Origin: Trichosphaerium sp. ATCC 40318
Lineage: Eukaryota > Protista > Tubulinea
DNA length: 64,000 bases
NCBI GenBank assembly: GCA_038496445.1
Contig: JALMLS010000042.1
Coordinates: 40,658-104,657 of the forward strand
Reading direction: 5' to 3'
The notes below the pieces were generated by a model, which saw only the letters and a list, made by a program, of their open reading frames with translations, was not told the DNA's origin and did no database searches. The stretch's first letter is position 1, and the number at the start of each line of letters is the position of its first letter. This document shows, piece by piece, positions 1 through 12,984 of this stretch. The position numbers and the translations under genes were made by a program.

Positions 1-891
1 TTCAACTCCTGTCCAATTATGTTAAGTCTATCTCGTTGATGCTCAACATAATCCCAATACCAGCTTGGCTTTCTTCTGTTTTGAGTCAAAAAAACTAAGA
101 GACACAACAACTATACGTACGCTTTGAAACGCCATGATTCCCAGTTATATTCTGGATATATTGTACGCAATGCCTCGACCATTGAAGCGCCATATCTGCG
201 GTTAAGTGAAAACGATAAATAAGGCAATAAAATTATTAGTTGTAAAAGACGAACTTGAATCGGATTGCAATGCCTCCATGTCGCTCTATATCCTTCCACG
301 TCAACGTATACCAATCTGATAGATCCTTTACATCAAGTTTCTGAGCAATAGTATTGAATTGAAGACGCTGATGACTTAACACATTCCAATATCTTTGTGG
401 CGCATTCCTAGAGTATTTAAATTAAATAAGGCCAACGTAAAACAGTAGACACTAATCGTACGCAAACTTTGTAGGCTCCCAACGATAATTAGGAAATACT
501 TTAAGTACAGCAGACGCCAATGAATGATTAAACCTTCAAGAAAAAAAGTCAACCGAAAGATTATGTTTTGTATCATTTGACACGATGACACGTACTTTTC
601 TAACGCTGCGCTGCCAAAGTATCGTCTTATTTGAGGTACTGTAATACGATACCACCCAGATAAATCAGTTACACGGAATTTTTTTGCTATTTTGTTGAAA
701 AACGCCTTGTCATCCTTGTAGTGAAGTAACTGGCGTAAGAATACGCGTTGCTGATATTTAGAGCGTGTTCTATGAGATGATTGTACAGCGTGTTGCTTTG
801 TAGATTTATTTGTTGTAAATCGCCGTTTGCGCTGTAATTGGAGCCTATGGGTGCTTGAAAATAAAATACTAACGAATTTATTAGACAACAT
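1..891 (-). CDS. Repeat protein with putative mitochondrial presequence (W...DWY...GG...YPEYxW repeat family); spliced, 3' end runs off the window
   Basis: Basic, Ser-rich N-terminus MLSNKFVSILFSSTHRLQLQRKRRF. Repeated units DLSGWYRIT../DLSDWYTLT..GG..ALRTIYPEYNWESWRF are separated by short GT-AG introns. Confidence 0.7.
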
Positions 892-1114
892 TATTTAAAC
901 AAGCAACAAACCATTTAGAACATCCACCAAGCGACTGGGAACCGCTTTTTAGCGGTAACATACAGAAACTGTCGTTTGGTATTAACAATGGATAGAAAAT
1001 CTATATGACGCGTGTAATACACTTTGCGCGTCTATTGGTACTCGCATAACCACTCCTCATTAATAGTACAAGTCGTTAGCAGTCAAAATGTCAATTTATC
1101 GTCCAACTGTTCCT

Positions 1115-1840
1115 ATGACCTTTCACGCCTATCTTTTTGTTCTATTGATGGCCATCACAGTGGTTATCTGTCAGGTTGACATCACTGTGTATGGAGAAGA
1201 CGATTGTATGGGATCTAACACTCAAAAAAAGACGTTTAATCTTGACACGTGCTACAAAGGAGGTATCGATTTCTTTGGGCCGTACTTCAAAATTATTGGT
1301 TGTAATGAGGTTCGTTGTCAACAACGAAACGCTAAATAGCTTACCTTTGGCGTATGTAGGAGTCTCTTCAAGTATTAGCTTACAGCGACTCGAATTGCGA
1401 AACGGCACCACTTGCCTCACGTGTTTCGTCTTCGAACACATGTGTAACTGTGTATCCATACTCGTACAGTGCTGTATGCCCAACGGCGCCAAAACTTGAA
1501 GTTCAAGTACAAGGATGGTTTAATGGTGATGGATGTACTGGCAGTCCAACAGAAACTCAAACCTTCGCCAATGGTATGCTCGCAGAAGGAAGAATCGTAC
1601 TTATCTTAATTTTTTTAAAGGAAACTGTTACACTGAGCATAATAAAACAGATGTATCTTATTACTGCCAGGGAGGTGTACGTTGTATACCTTGTATATAA
1701 GTGTGTTGACGCCATATTAAAGGAAGTGGTAAGACAGACGTGGTTGACTTACAACGGCGGTTGCAAATATGCTCAAAAAAAGACAACGTATGTACTATGT
1801 TTTAGCCTTTGTGCTGCATTTGCCATTACAAGATTATAAT
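1115..1840 (+). CDS. Small secreted Cys-rich protein with internal repeats (end approximate)
   Basis: Signal peptide MTFHAYLFVLLMAITVVICQ. Repeated (Y/F)xxxxCxG...TFxxxxCY units across 3-4 exons. Confidence 0.6.
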
Positions 1841-2579
1841 TGCTGTTTCAAGGTACTCACTAGAGACATGCTATCATGGATTTGGATTGTTCTCTGCGCA
1901 ATGGAAGTGCAAAGTGTCTCAGAATTAAATAAATCAGGAAGGCAACTGTTTCGAAATTTGAAAATCTCAATGGCTTTACACCCAGCTCATTTATCATACA
2001 TTTTCACAAATAATATTAATAACTCCAACAGCGCATAGCGTGATGAAATATTGAACGTTTGTATCCGATATACTCATAACTGCTACTCTACCTTGTTGAG
2101 TTTCCATTGTTTTCCACTGTAACTGGTATTCCCGATAAAAACGACGATATTAGGGAACGTATCTGTTCTATTCACGTGTTGGAAGGATACGTTATCTTAA
2201 AGCTGTTAAGCAACAATAACGACAATGAGTTTCGAGTTTGTTGAAAATTAGGCTTTGCTGCCTCATAAGGGCAGCCTTAAGGCCTCTAGACAAAAATAAA
2301 GGAAGTTTGTAAACTAGCTGGGGTGTTTAACTGACATGTGCTTGTGCACGTTATCAGAAATCGCTTTTTGCTAAAAATATAGAGGCAACAATTTTGGTCT
2401 TAAAAATTGAATGAAAGTTGATTTGATCGCTGCCAGTCTCACACTTCGGATACTATCTCAAACCTTATACTAACCTAACCTACTGTCCTATCTACGCTGG
2501 GTAGCGAGACTTGAAGTTTTGTATTCTCAAAGACACGTTGATGCAAACGGAGAACTGTACTCAGTAGGATAGCGCATCC

Positions 2580-5500
2580 AGCGCTTCAAGCCTCAATGTA
2601 AATTGTGAACTTTGTACAAACAACTGCTGGCCGCTGTGGAAGGAGGTTGCGCAAATGAACGTCTATAGATGTTGTCTAACTGCTTTTTATTACTTTGACA
2701 ACGATCGTATGTACAATAGTCTTTTGTTCTCACAAGTTTCCGAAAAACCAGCAACGTGTCCCACTATACACAAAAACACGCAGGGACAGTGTTACCACTA
2801 TTGAGTTCTCCTCAATCCGTTTGTTTATTGAGAAATAACAAACTGCATAATCGGGTTTCAAGACCAAATTGTACAATTTGGGTCAATTTCAATAAACTAA
2901 ACCTTTTTTTTTGTTGCATTTCGCCAAGCCTCAAGCACCATGTGGGGTTCTGTGGGTGAACCGAAGTATAGAAAGAAACGTAGTTGTAAGTATTGTTGCT
3001 GTAATCCAAGTTGGATTATTTGCGTTGGTACGTTTGTTGTTGCGCATTGGTTAAGCGGTTTAGATGTTTTCATAACGTTTCAGACGCGTTTCTGACTAAA
3101 TATGTACTACAATAGATCTGACGGGCGATGCTACACGTAGTCGCGCTGCCACAGTAATTGTTAGCGCGTACATGTTCACGCTAGTGTTTTTTAGCCTTTT
3201 GGAAAGTGGACTCAATTCTATTGGCGGTAACAGCGCCCCAAGCAGCCCAACACAAGCTCCAGTTGCTCATGGAAACGCATACAGCCGGTTTATGGAAGGT
3301 TTGCTTCATGTACAGTGTTAACACCTAACAACGCCGTAGCGTTTATTCTACATATTTTTTCTCCTACAACGATGCGTTTGGCGATATACGCACTATTTTG
3401 TACGTTTGTCGGTTTAAACTTTTTATTACTTACATCAACAGCTATTCCATTCTACCTTGCAAATTCTCTTTACCAACACTGGTTTCTTGTACGTACACGA
3501 GTTTATAGGCAAAAGCACCTTTCGTAGTATCTGAAATTATGTTGAACAAAAACATTTTTAGGAGATTGGCTGTGGCGTAGTTTTGCCAGTGATAGTGTTA
3601 ATTGTAGATATTCTTCTCAAACATTCACTGTTAAAGGTGCATTTTCGCCTTCTGTTTTCACCGGCTGCAGAGGTTGAAATATTGCCAATCATGTATACGA
3701 TGACACCTATAGTATGCATGGTTGCTCTTGCAATTGTAAATAGTTATAACCTGCACGTGCAACGCTTCATTTTTTCCATCTGTTTTTTATTAATTTTATG
3801 CTAACACTTTACTGCTGTAGTACCATGAGATACTTTGGATACAGACATACTTATTATGAAGAAAGATTAAGGAAATATAGAGACCTTGTTCGACGACTTC
3901 TTGATCCTGATACACCTGATATCTACATGCACGAATAATTCTTGTTAGTGGAGTTTTGATTGTTTTATGCATAGGAGGTTGAAGCATGGGTCCAATGGTA
4001 ACGCTTCATACAAGAGAATAACACAAGTTTACATTGATGACAGTGATGATGTTGATACTAGTATAAACAGACTTGATAACGGCGATAAAAAGATTACATG
4101 GCGTGTTGCATTCCACGCTCTGACGAAGCCATTTTTAAGAGTTTATAAAAAAGGTATTTAAGTTTGTTCAAATTCGATTATTTAAGTTTTCTACATAGTA
4201 CGTAAGTCTATGAGGACTATAGAACCTGTACACGCTCCATACGAAACTACAGACGACTTTTACTATCCTCAACGCCTCGTTATGACATTTTGGGTAAGTC
4301 TACAACATTGGCTTAAATGGGGTAACAATTTAAGGTTAATATGATATTTCTTGCTGTAACTGTAGTAATAAGCCTGATACTGTTCAATTTACTGTGGGAT
4401 TTAGTACCTCCAATAGGTATGTCATAGGTTTGTACAAGTTCTAAACAAGACACTAGTCAAACAACTGACACACAATGCCAAAACTGCTGACATAGTTAAA
4501 AAGATAATCCAAGGTGCTGGTTGTGGTGCTACCATTGTATGTAGGTTCATCACTTTTTAATTTATAACAAATACATATTTAGATGGCTTACTTGTTTGTA
4601 ATTTTCAACTGGATACAAACGTTGTTAGGCTACAGAAAAGCTGTACGTCATTCAAAAAAAAAGCACAAAGTTATTTTTTGAACATGACGTTCTGACTCCA
4701 CTATTGTCTTAGATAATGTTAATGAGGCAGGGTCGGTACCCTTTTGATAAATCTAAATTTGTAATATCTAAAGCTCAATACTATTTTGGGTATCAATTGA
4801 GGTACAATCAAGAATAAGTTTAAACTCTTATTGTACATCTAGCCATATGATTTTTGGATTTATTCTCATGATAATTTTCTGGATTTTCATTGCTGCTATA
4901 TGCCTAATACTTTACTTCTGGAAAGCTCTAAGGTGCTTAAAACTATGTGGACGTTAGGCGCTAATTTTTTTTAGGTTGAGGTTCTACGTATTCTTGCAAA
5001 CAACAGTTCTGATTGGCGTTATTTTTTTTGTCATAAACACACTGTATCCGCAAGTTTATCTTTTTTTTCACTTATTTATATTATCTACACCTTAATTCTA
5101 TTGAGCATGACTAAGCTATTACTGACATCACATAATGGAAAGGTTATTCGGTTTAGAGGGTTCTTTAGTTTGATGGATTTCATAAACTTATTCATCAATA
5201 CGTACAACAAAATTTTGCTTCAATGATTTTTTTTTCTTTTGTTTATTGCGTTTATCTAGAGTAACAGGTTTTATCATATGCATAAAAAGGGCTGTAATGT
5301 CTATATGTGTTGTTCTTATAACATTTGGACGTTTGGATATGAGCATATACCCACAGGGCTGGCACGTTAAGCCCTGGTATTTTTCGCTAATAATTTTCTA
5401 ACAAGGGAAACAATGGATTCAGCTTACGCATCCTACGGTACCTAATTTTTTCAACTACCAGTATTTTAACCTCTATTAGTTGGGATGCTGCTTCTGGACC

Positions 5501-5912
5501 ATTCTTTGAACAACCCGATTGTTATTGTAGCTGGTGACATATTTACAAAAAGTATGACTTAAAATCGCTTATGCTAAAAAAGCGAAAACTCTCTAACTCT
5601 TTGATCTTCTAGAGCTACATGAACTGCAACAAAAAGAAGAAGACAACTACCAACGGAGAACTGATGAAGTATATACACAGAAACCTAAAAAGAGGAACAC
5701 TCCAGAGCAGAGTAAACGAGCACTGTGCGTTGTGATACAAAGTCGAGCAAAAGTGAGTTTTGTTATTTACTATTTTCTTTAGCGCTAGGTGGCACCTATT
5801 CAGCTTACTTGCTAGAAACCCATCTCTTATAAAATATCGTAGACATAGACTTATAACGTCAACAAGAAATCAAAGCGACAATCTTATCATTCCTCTAACA
5901 ACTATTTCATAG
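2580..5912 (+). CDS. STRA6/RBP-receptor-like multipass membrane protein (start uncertain)
   Basis: Spliced translation contains FYYPQRL, RQGRYPF...YFGYQL, FGRLDMSIYPQGWETMDSAYASY.GMLLLDHSLNNP and RWHLFSLLARNPSLIKYRR, which parallel STRA6 motifs. Stop TAG at 5910-5912. Confidence 0.75.
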
Positions 5913-6524
5913 CCAAAAATAAAAATGTTTATGTATTTTGATCATATCATTTGACAATCCAGGATTCCGGCGAGCCATATAATGCATGTATTTCACATGT
6001 GTTTATTGGCTTTTCAATACTGCCAACTATGAGCAATTCAACGGATTTTTTGAGTTGATGCCAAAAAAGTTGATTAATCTCATAGTGTCCAATGATGATC
6101 AGCTTGCTCGCCATACATAACATCTTCGCTCATATAGATAATCGGAAGGTGTGTTTTAAGGTTACATTTCTTGTAGGGCTTTAGTAATCACGTGATAGTA
6201 CCTTCAATTTTGTTGCTACTTTCAACAAAACGACTATCAAAAAGCAATTATTTGAAAAGTTAGCGAAATTTCTAGTTAAGTTCGGCTTATCGTATCTTTT
6301 GAAGACTTTGTGTGCCACCAAAGGTATGTACACGTTTCAACAAAAATTCTACCACTATTCCTACGTTCATTAAACCCTGTTTTGATCAAATAATATTTAA
6401 CTATTCCTGTAATCACTCTATTACGCTTTTAAACTTTGCTTACGTGCGAAAGAAGGAAATAAAAGTGAATAACGTCACTTATTCGTGACTTGTTTACCGA
6501 AAAAGAAACTTTTAATTTGACGTC

Positions 6525-9500
6525 ATGACAGACGACGCAACACCTCTTCTTTCGTTTGTACAAGATAAACCACGTACTCTAAAGAACGCCAAAATAGTTG
6601 AGAGGGTCGTTAAGCAGACATGTAATTCAAAAGACAGCCCAGAACTCAAAGTCATCAAGAGTGTCTCAATAACAGCTTGGTATGGTTTTTTCCATTGTCA
6701 CGTTTTTGAAACCAAAATGTTGACTACTTTTCTAGGTTGGGATCAGATTCGAGATTACTTGCTTGTTGTATTTTTTTTAGTTTAACATACTCTCTTCTTT
6801 GTCTTGCTATGCCTTCATTATTGACAAATATCATTGACCTAATTTTAAAAGACCCAACATCTCCAAAGCTGAAGGTACGCACGTGGCAGAGTTCTCTTTT
6901 TTTTTGAAATTAAAATATCTTTATTTACGCTTCTTGCCACTTACTCGAACTTCATTTTATACTTTTTAAGTGAAGCTACTTGTGATTGCGGTATATTTAT
7001 TAATACTGATTTTAGTGGATCATTGGGTATTGGTTTGGTGTTATAATGCTAAGAAGGTTAAACAGAATGTTATGCGATAGCATAAAAATGTACTTGGCAA
7101 CTCAAGTTGAAGATTCCTGGCGTTATTGTGGATTACAGCGTTTTTACAAACTCCCAATTGATTGGCATGATAACACCAATGCAGGTACTAAGAGCCTCCG
7201 TTGTTAAATCAAAGAAAAAACACAGAACGCTCCCAAACTTAAATGCTTTTTAGGTGAAATAGGTGCTAAAATGGAGAAAGGCGCAGCAAATATCTGGGTG
7301 CTAATACACGAAATGTTTGGACAATATTTATTATTAGAACTATTACCTTTCCTTATGGCATTATCCTCAGCGATTATGATAGCTCCTTGGTGGCTTTTTG
7401 TACCAACAATAGGCATCAACTTTTTTTTTGGATACTTTTGGTATGGTGCCCGAAAGAAGCTTCATACTCTGCAACACCATTACTACAAAGGAGCAAATCA
7501 AACACTATATGATGGTGTATCTAATATTCGATCTGTTAAATCATTCGGAAGAGGTACAAAACAGCATCAAAACAAGCAATTTTTATCTTGATTTTTTCTT
7601 ACTTTTTTAATCTCAGGTACTGCTGAAGTTTTTCGCTATGTTCAACGGTGGCATGGTTATCATTTAACAGAATACAAAGAAGACTCTTTAATGTACAATA
7701 GAAACGGATACCAAAAACTTGTAGAGGCAGCAACTAAAGCTGTCGTAATTCTTTACGGTGTATCACAGATAAACAATGGAAACATGACTGTTGGTACTTT
7801 GTTGCTATTGATAAGATACCAAGACATGACTCTTAACCCTTTAAGTACGTACTAATAGAGGAACCCCTTTTGATTCAGCGCTTTTAACAAGCACTTTTGT
7901 AATATTTTAAGTCATTTATTTGTCTGCACGTGTTTGCAATAGCTTCGTAGTTTTGAGAACATTCAAGCTCACTTTTCTGATTATTTTTAAACCAACCTTT
8001 GTTTTAGATAAGTTCGCTGGTGGTTACAGTCGAATGATAAGAAGTATTAATAAGATAACACATTTATACGATATTATTGCTACAGAAGACACTCTCAAGG
8101 ATGCCAAAAACGCAAAAGATCTTCCAGAGTTAAACGAAGAAGTAGAACTTAGAGATGTTTCTTTCACTTACAATAAAATGAAAGGCTCAACACCAGCGAT
8201 TCAACGTGTACGTATACTCACGCATATAAAGGTAAATAATAAATTTAATATATTTATAGATTTCATTTACTATCAAAGCGGGAACAACAACAGCTCTTGT
8301 TGGTACGTACTTTTTGTAACACTTTCTGCAACCGAAAAACATAAAACACAAAATCCCGAAAAAACAAGACGCACTTTTTTCCATAAAAGGCAAAATCTGA
8401 AAAGCATGATGGAAGTGCTTTTTCTCGCCACATCACCTATAAATATTCCACATAATCTTCCTTCGTGGAGGACCAGGGTGCTATAGCCCACGCCCGGCGA
8501 CTGACTCAATTTGTTGATGGTGGTGAAAAAGCACTTCCATTTTACTCCCAGATTTTCCCCATACTTGACCAACCAATCAACTTCACGTGTCTTCTTTAGC
8601 ATGAAACACCCTTTTAGAGGATTATGTACTAACAATAACTATTTAGGTCATTCTGGTTCTGGAAAGACTACTCTAGCTAATCTCTTGCTCCGATTTTATG
8701 ATCCTCAAGAAGGATCTATACTATGGGACGGAATTAATCTAAAAGGAGCCAAAAGGAATTCTCTGAGACGAAAGGTTGCTATTGTGATGCAAGATAGTAG
8801 TCTATTTGATAGATCTATCGCGGACAACATCGCATACGGCAAACCAGAAGCAACAATGGAAGAAATCATTACAGCTGCAAAACGGTATTAATTTCTTTAC
8901 AGTTCTTGGTTTCTCAGTTACTAAACTCCTTTCATCTCAGTGCTAATGCTCATGATTTTATTATAAAAGCGCCTAAGGGATACCAATCGTTAATTGGAGA
9001 ACGTGGCATCAAGTTGTCAGGTACAGATAGTTTTTGTTGTTTTTGTGGTTTTGATACTCTTTTCTTCTTCACTCATTGTCTTGATAAGGTGGACAAAGAC
9101 AGCGTGTTGCTATCGCTAGAGCGTTAGTTCTGAAACCTTCCTTACTAATACTTGATGAAAGCACAAGTTCTCTTGATAGTATCTCTGAAAAGGCTATTCA
9201 AGACTCAATACAACAACTCCATCATAATGTAACACAAGTAATAATTGCACACCGGTACATCTCACGTGTTTCTAGTAAGATGACATATCACCTGATCCTA
9301 AAAATCTTATAGGCTTTCAACAGTGCTCCATGCAGATCAAATAGTTGTTCTAGAGGAGGGACAAGTAATAGGAAAAGGAACACATAAAGTAAGTCGCTCA
9401 AAGATATTAAAAAAAAAATTGAACCAAATACTAAAATTATTACTAGGAGTTACTCAGAACAACACCTGCCTATTCGAATCTTGTAGAAACGCAATTTGCT

Positions 9501-9530
9501 GTAAGAGATGAAGAAGCTGTAAATAAATAA
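6525..9530 (+). CDS. ABC transporter, subfamily B half-transporter (TMD-NBD)
   Basis: Walker [11 protein letters not shown]-loop IVMQD, signature LSGGQRQR, Walker B LILDE, H-loop IAHR. N-terminal TM exons. Stop TAA at 9528-9530. Confidence 0.92.
8392..8556. mobile_element. Inverted-repeat (MITE-like) insertion inside an unusually long ABC-transporter intron
   Basis: ATGGAAGTGCTTTTTC (8409-8424) is perfectly inverted at 8525-8540, and imperfect pairing extends to AAAATCTG/CAGATTTT. The host intron is about 345 nt, far longer than neighbouring introns. Confidence 0.5.
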
Positions 9531-9632
9531 ACAATCATCCTTATCCTTGAAGGACAGTGACATCCAACAGGTTTCAAAAGAAATCTAAAACAACAAAAAT
9601 ACTCATCTGCAGGAATAACAGTTAAAAGTGAT

Positions 9633-9764
9633 AAAAAGTGGTGATCGCATCACGTTGTTATCAGTAATGCCTTATTATTGCTTTGATTTCAAAGCGCTAA
9701 CAGGTATGTAACGAAGAATTTAAACGAGTGAGAGTCGGGAATCTTACCACTAGACCACCGGGGA
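9633..9764 (-). repeat. tRNA-headed 132-nt unit (tRNA 5' half + structured tail + T5), copy 1
   Basis: 126/132 identical to 29459-29590. Homology begins at tRNA nucleotide 1 and ends at TTTTT. Confidence 0.85.
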
Positions 9765-9807
9765 TTTTTTATAATTCTCCCCAGGCAGGAATCGAACCTA
9801 CGTCTCC
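9725..9807 (-). tRNA. Circularly permuted tRNA-Glu(CTC) gene or pseudogene: 3' half (9807-9777), 12-nt spacer, 5' half (9764-9725)
   Basis: Joining the halves gives TCCCCGG TG GTCT AGTGGTA AGAT T CCCGA CT CTC AC TCG|GG AGAC GTAGG TTCGATT CCTGC CTGGGGA G. This is a 71-nt cloverleaf with all four stems paired and no gap or overlap. Confidence 0.8.
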
Positions 9808-10050
9808 AACAAATTTTTTAGTTGTGATAACATGTTGACTATTTACTGCACCACATGATAGTTGATAGCGTAGACAAGAAATCACACAAAAAGTGTCTAT
9901 CTCAATAAGTTTTTCGTTACAGTAATTGATACTAGATAGTAAATTACGAAAAAATTAAGAAAATCAAAGAATCGTGCAATGAAATTGCTTGAAGAAAACT
10001 GGTGGCACAACAAGTAATTCTTGTTTATTGATAATTGCTACCCCTCTACA

Positions 10051-10330
10051 TTATTGTCGTGGCCAAATCACTGCAAAACCTCCAGTTGGCTCGCTAACAG
10101 AAGCTCCTGACTTCAATTCAATGCGACTTTTGCTACACTTATCGCCAAATCCAGATGAAACTCGAACCAGCTCGTTGTATAGCTTGTCTTTGTGTTGTAC
10201 TACACGTGTTAATTCTCTTTGCTTACTTTTTAAGGAGCTTTCAGTTGTAGTTATCTTATTTTTAGAGCAGGTATGTGAATTAACAACGAGCGCAATTAAT
10301 TTCTCATGAGTAGCAGCTGTACGTTTCGAT
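10051..10330 (-). pseudogene. 3' remnant of a paralog of the BTB gene at 28793-29440
   Basis: TAATHEKLIALVVNSHT matches TATTHEKLIALVVNSLT of the BTB gene. No BTB domain was found upstream. Confidence 0.55.
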
Positions 10331-11759
10331 TCATGCCTTGCCAACTGATTTTTTAAATAATAAAGTGTCTTAAGTGATCAAAGTCGATGACTTAATTTGT
10401 GGTTAATAAAGGTACATACTATGTTTATCAAGTCCTACCATAGAAGCAACACAGGCTGATACCCCAGATCAATATAGCCTATCAGGATAAACGACCAGAA
10501 ACTCCAAATCAACAATTCACTTTAAAGCAGTTCATCCACTTCGGGATTATCTACAATTCCTTTCCTCCAGAATATGTTGTAATTCATTTGCTTCTAGGTG
10601 ATTGTACTATTTTCATTGGCTGCCAGGGCTGCTAGACTTATATGCGCTGACATGAAGACAGCAATAAGAACCACGAAAACGATACGAAAAATGGATTAAA
10701 GCCAACTGTTACAATATGCATTGGAGGCTGTGGAGGTTGTAAAATCTTAAACATAAGGCTATTAAAACACGCCTAAATTCACATTAACATCAATGCGTAT
10801 ATATTGGACTATGTCAAATCTCACAGCCATATAAGAACAAACTTTCAAATGGATTTCGACAAGTTGCAAAATGAAAACAAAAACAACTGTTTCTACCAGG
10901 CTATAATATTCTTTGTGTGTACCACATGTGCTCTTTTGAACATTCAGTTTTAATCGCAAAACCCTAGCTTGGTTTTGGTGCTGTTTTATTGTATGACACA
11001 ACGATGCGCTACCAATGATTCTTCTTTGTTTTTTTTCCATTGTCGTACTTTTTGACTTTTTGACAAACAGTCTTAGGGATAACATTATTAAACACTACTA
11101 AAGCTACATCAGTTTCTACTCCACAAAATTGCTAGTGAGAAGTAGGTGATAGAGTTGTTGGCTCTATGAGAATAAAATGAGAACACTACTTTTCCAAGAA
11201 ATGCAACAAAGAGCAACATCTTCTGGGCTTTGATATTTATGAGTAGTAGTGTGAGCTATTAGCTACAGTATAATCCAAACTATGCAAATGGCACGTTTCT
11301 TTGTCACCAAAGATACAGCCTGTTGTTAAAATAATATTATTATGTGTAAGCTTTGTTGTTTTTTTTATCTTAATAGCCGCTATGATAGGCTTTTCGCATT
11401 ACTACGCACCCAACTAACATAGGCTACAATACATTTTGGGACTCTTCATGGCGATTTCTAACGTTTTGCTAAAGTCAACGTGCACAATTTCGCGAAACGA
11501 ATTGAGTTCAGAGAATGCCGTTAACGCCCTCAACGATTAACCGCGGAAGCAACAATTATAGAACGTGCAAATATCTTTGTGCATTGCTAGAATGTCAAAA
11601 TGACTACGTCTGTAGGTTAAACTTTAGATGTAGCTTTCTTTGCTACCATTTGCCCAAACTTTTGTAAAAACATTCGCCTTCACTATCTAACACCGGCTGC
11701 ACAAATACAACATTGTTACAGGAATGCTTAATTTAGTATTTTTTTCATATTTTCAGAAT

Positions 11760-12984
11760 CTACATTTTTTTCACGCACACCTCCTTTATACGTTCTGCCA
11801 GTATTATAGAAACACGATCATAGAATTCAGTAGTTGCATGAATACCATCTACAGTATTTTCATACTGCGATAACTTATAAAAATCGAAAAAGATGTCTAC
11901 CATTTTCTGGAAATTTTTCGTAATAATATCGTTGTATTGTTTTGTCTCTTTCAATGTAATATATCTTTCCTTTAACTCATTTCCACTCTTTGATGATTCT
12001 GTATGAATAATTGTTGATACTACAATACAAGATGACCTATTATTATTAATAAGAATCTTCTATTAATAGAAAGCGAAGCAAAAACGCAGTTTTTTGGTCA
12101 GTGCAACAGAAAATAGCTTACTCGCAGTTTCTAGTTTTTATAACATTGGATAACCTCTCTACATCATGCCCGTATTTGAGACTATGATGAACATGAAGCA
12201 TATCCCTATATAGACATGAGAAAATGTGAAACAGAAGCGAAAATAAAGACAAATGTTATTAAAATTTTAAAGTCTAAAAATAAGGTACCAAAGGCCTCCT
12301 GGCATTACAAAAATAACTTGAGGTGTATCATCACAATTTGAATGCCTTTAAAACTTAAGTTAAACTCATGGCCTCGTGTTGCAGGGAAGGGTTTTTTTTT
12401 ATGTCTTTACCAAACTGACGCTGCCGATATGTTCTCTACTTAACGCGTTAATAAAATGTTAAGCGTAAAAACAACCTTTCAAGTCCATCACGTGGTTTAA
12501 AAAAATCCAAAAATACATACGCGCTAAGAGCTTGTATTAGCAACATACCTGCAAAGGGAAGCCATAAAAAACGAATATCTTTATCTTCTACAGTGTATTG
12601 ATTGTCTTCGTGGTGTCCCATGTCGTAGATACGCTTTCCTAAGTTCAAATTACACAAAATTAAGAAACAAGGCAAAGCGCCACCGCTCACCAGTGAGGTC
12701 CTCGATAATCGCTCTAAATATATTCCGCGCCTATTCACGCAACGTTAAGAGTAAAAGATAGCAACGTAGAGTAATTGAGTTAATTTATTCCGCCCTTCAC
12801 GTGCCTGAGAGTCACCTATAAATGCGATAGATTTAAACCCTTCAAGTGTTTCTTTCAAATAAGAACGGTGTTTTGATACTAATACACGGACTGTACTGCC
12901 ACTAGGGATTGAAATAAAGATTAAAAACGCCAAGAGAGATAACCCCACTATCAAATATAAAATGCGACGGTGTTCAGGTGTCAT
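11760..12984 (-). CDS. Type II membrane SGNH-hydrolase (PC-esterase/acyl-esterase-like)
   Basis: N-terminal TM helix, IAFIGDSQARE (GDS) motif and C-terminal VDGIH (DxxH) motif. Spliced. Confidence 0.75.

Noticed and set aside
2258-2289. Hairpin plus CTAG resembling a Helitron 3' end
   Set aside because: CTAG is followed by A rather than T, and no 5' end or second copy was seen.
6189-6196. TCACGTGA E-box as a specific promoter element (also at about 23611 and 26339)
   Set aside because: CACGTG is also common in introns and intergenic DNA here, and enrichment cannot be shown by eye.
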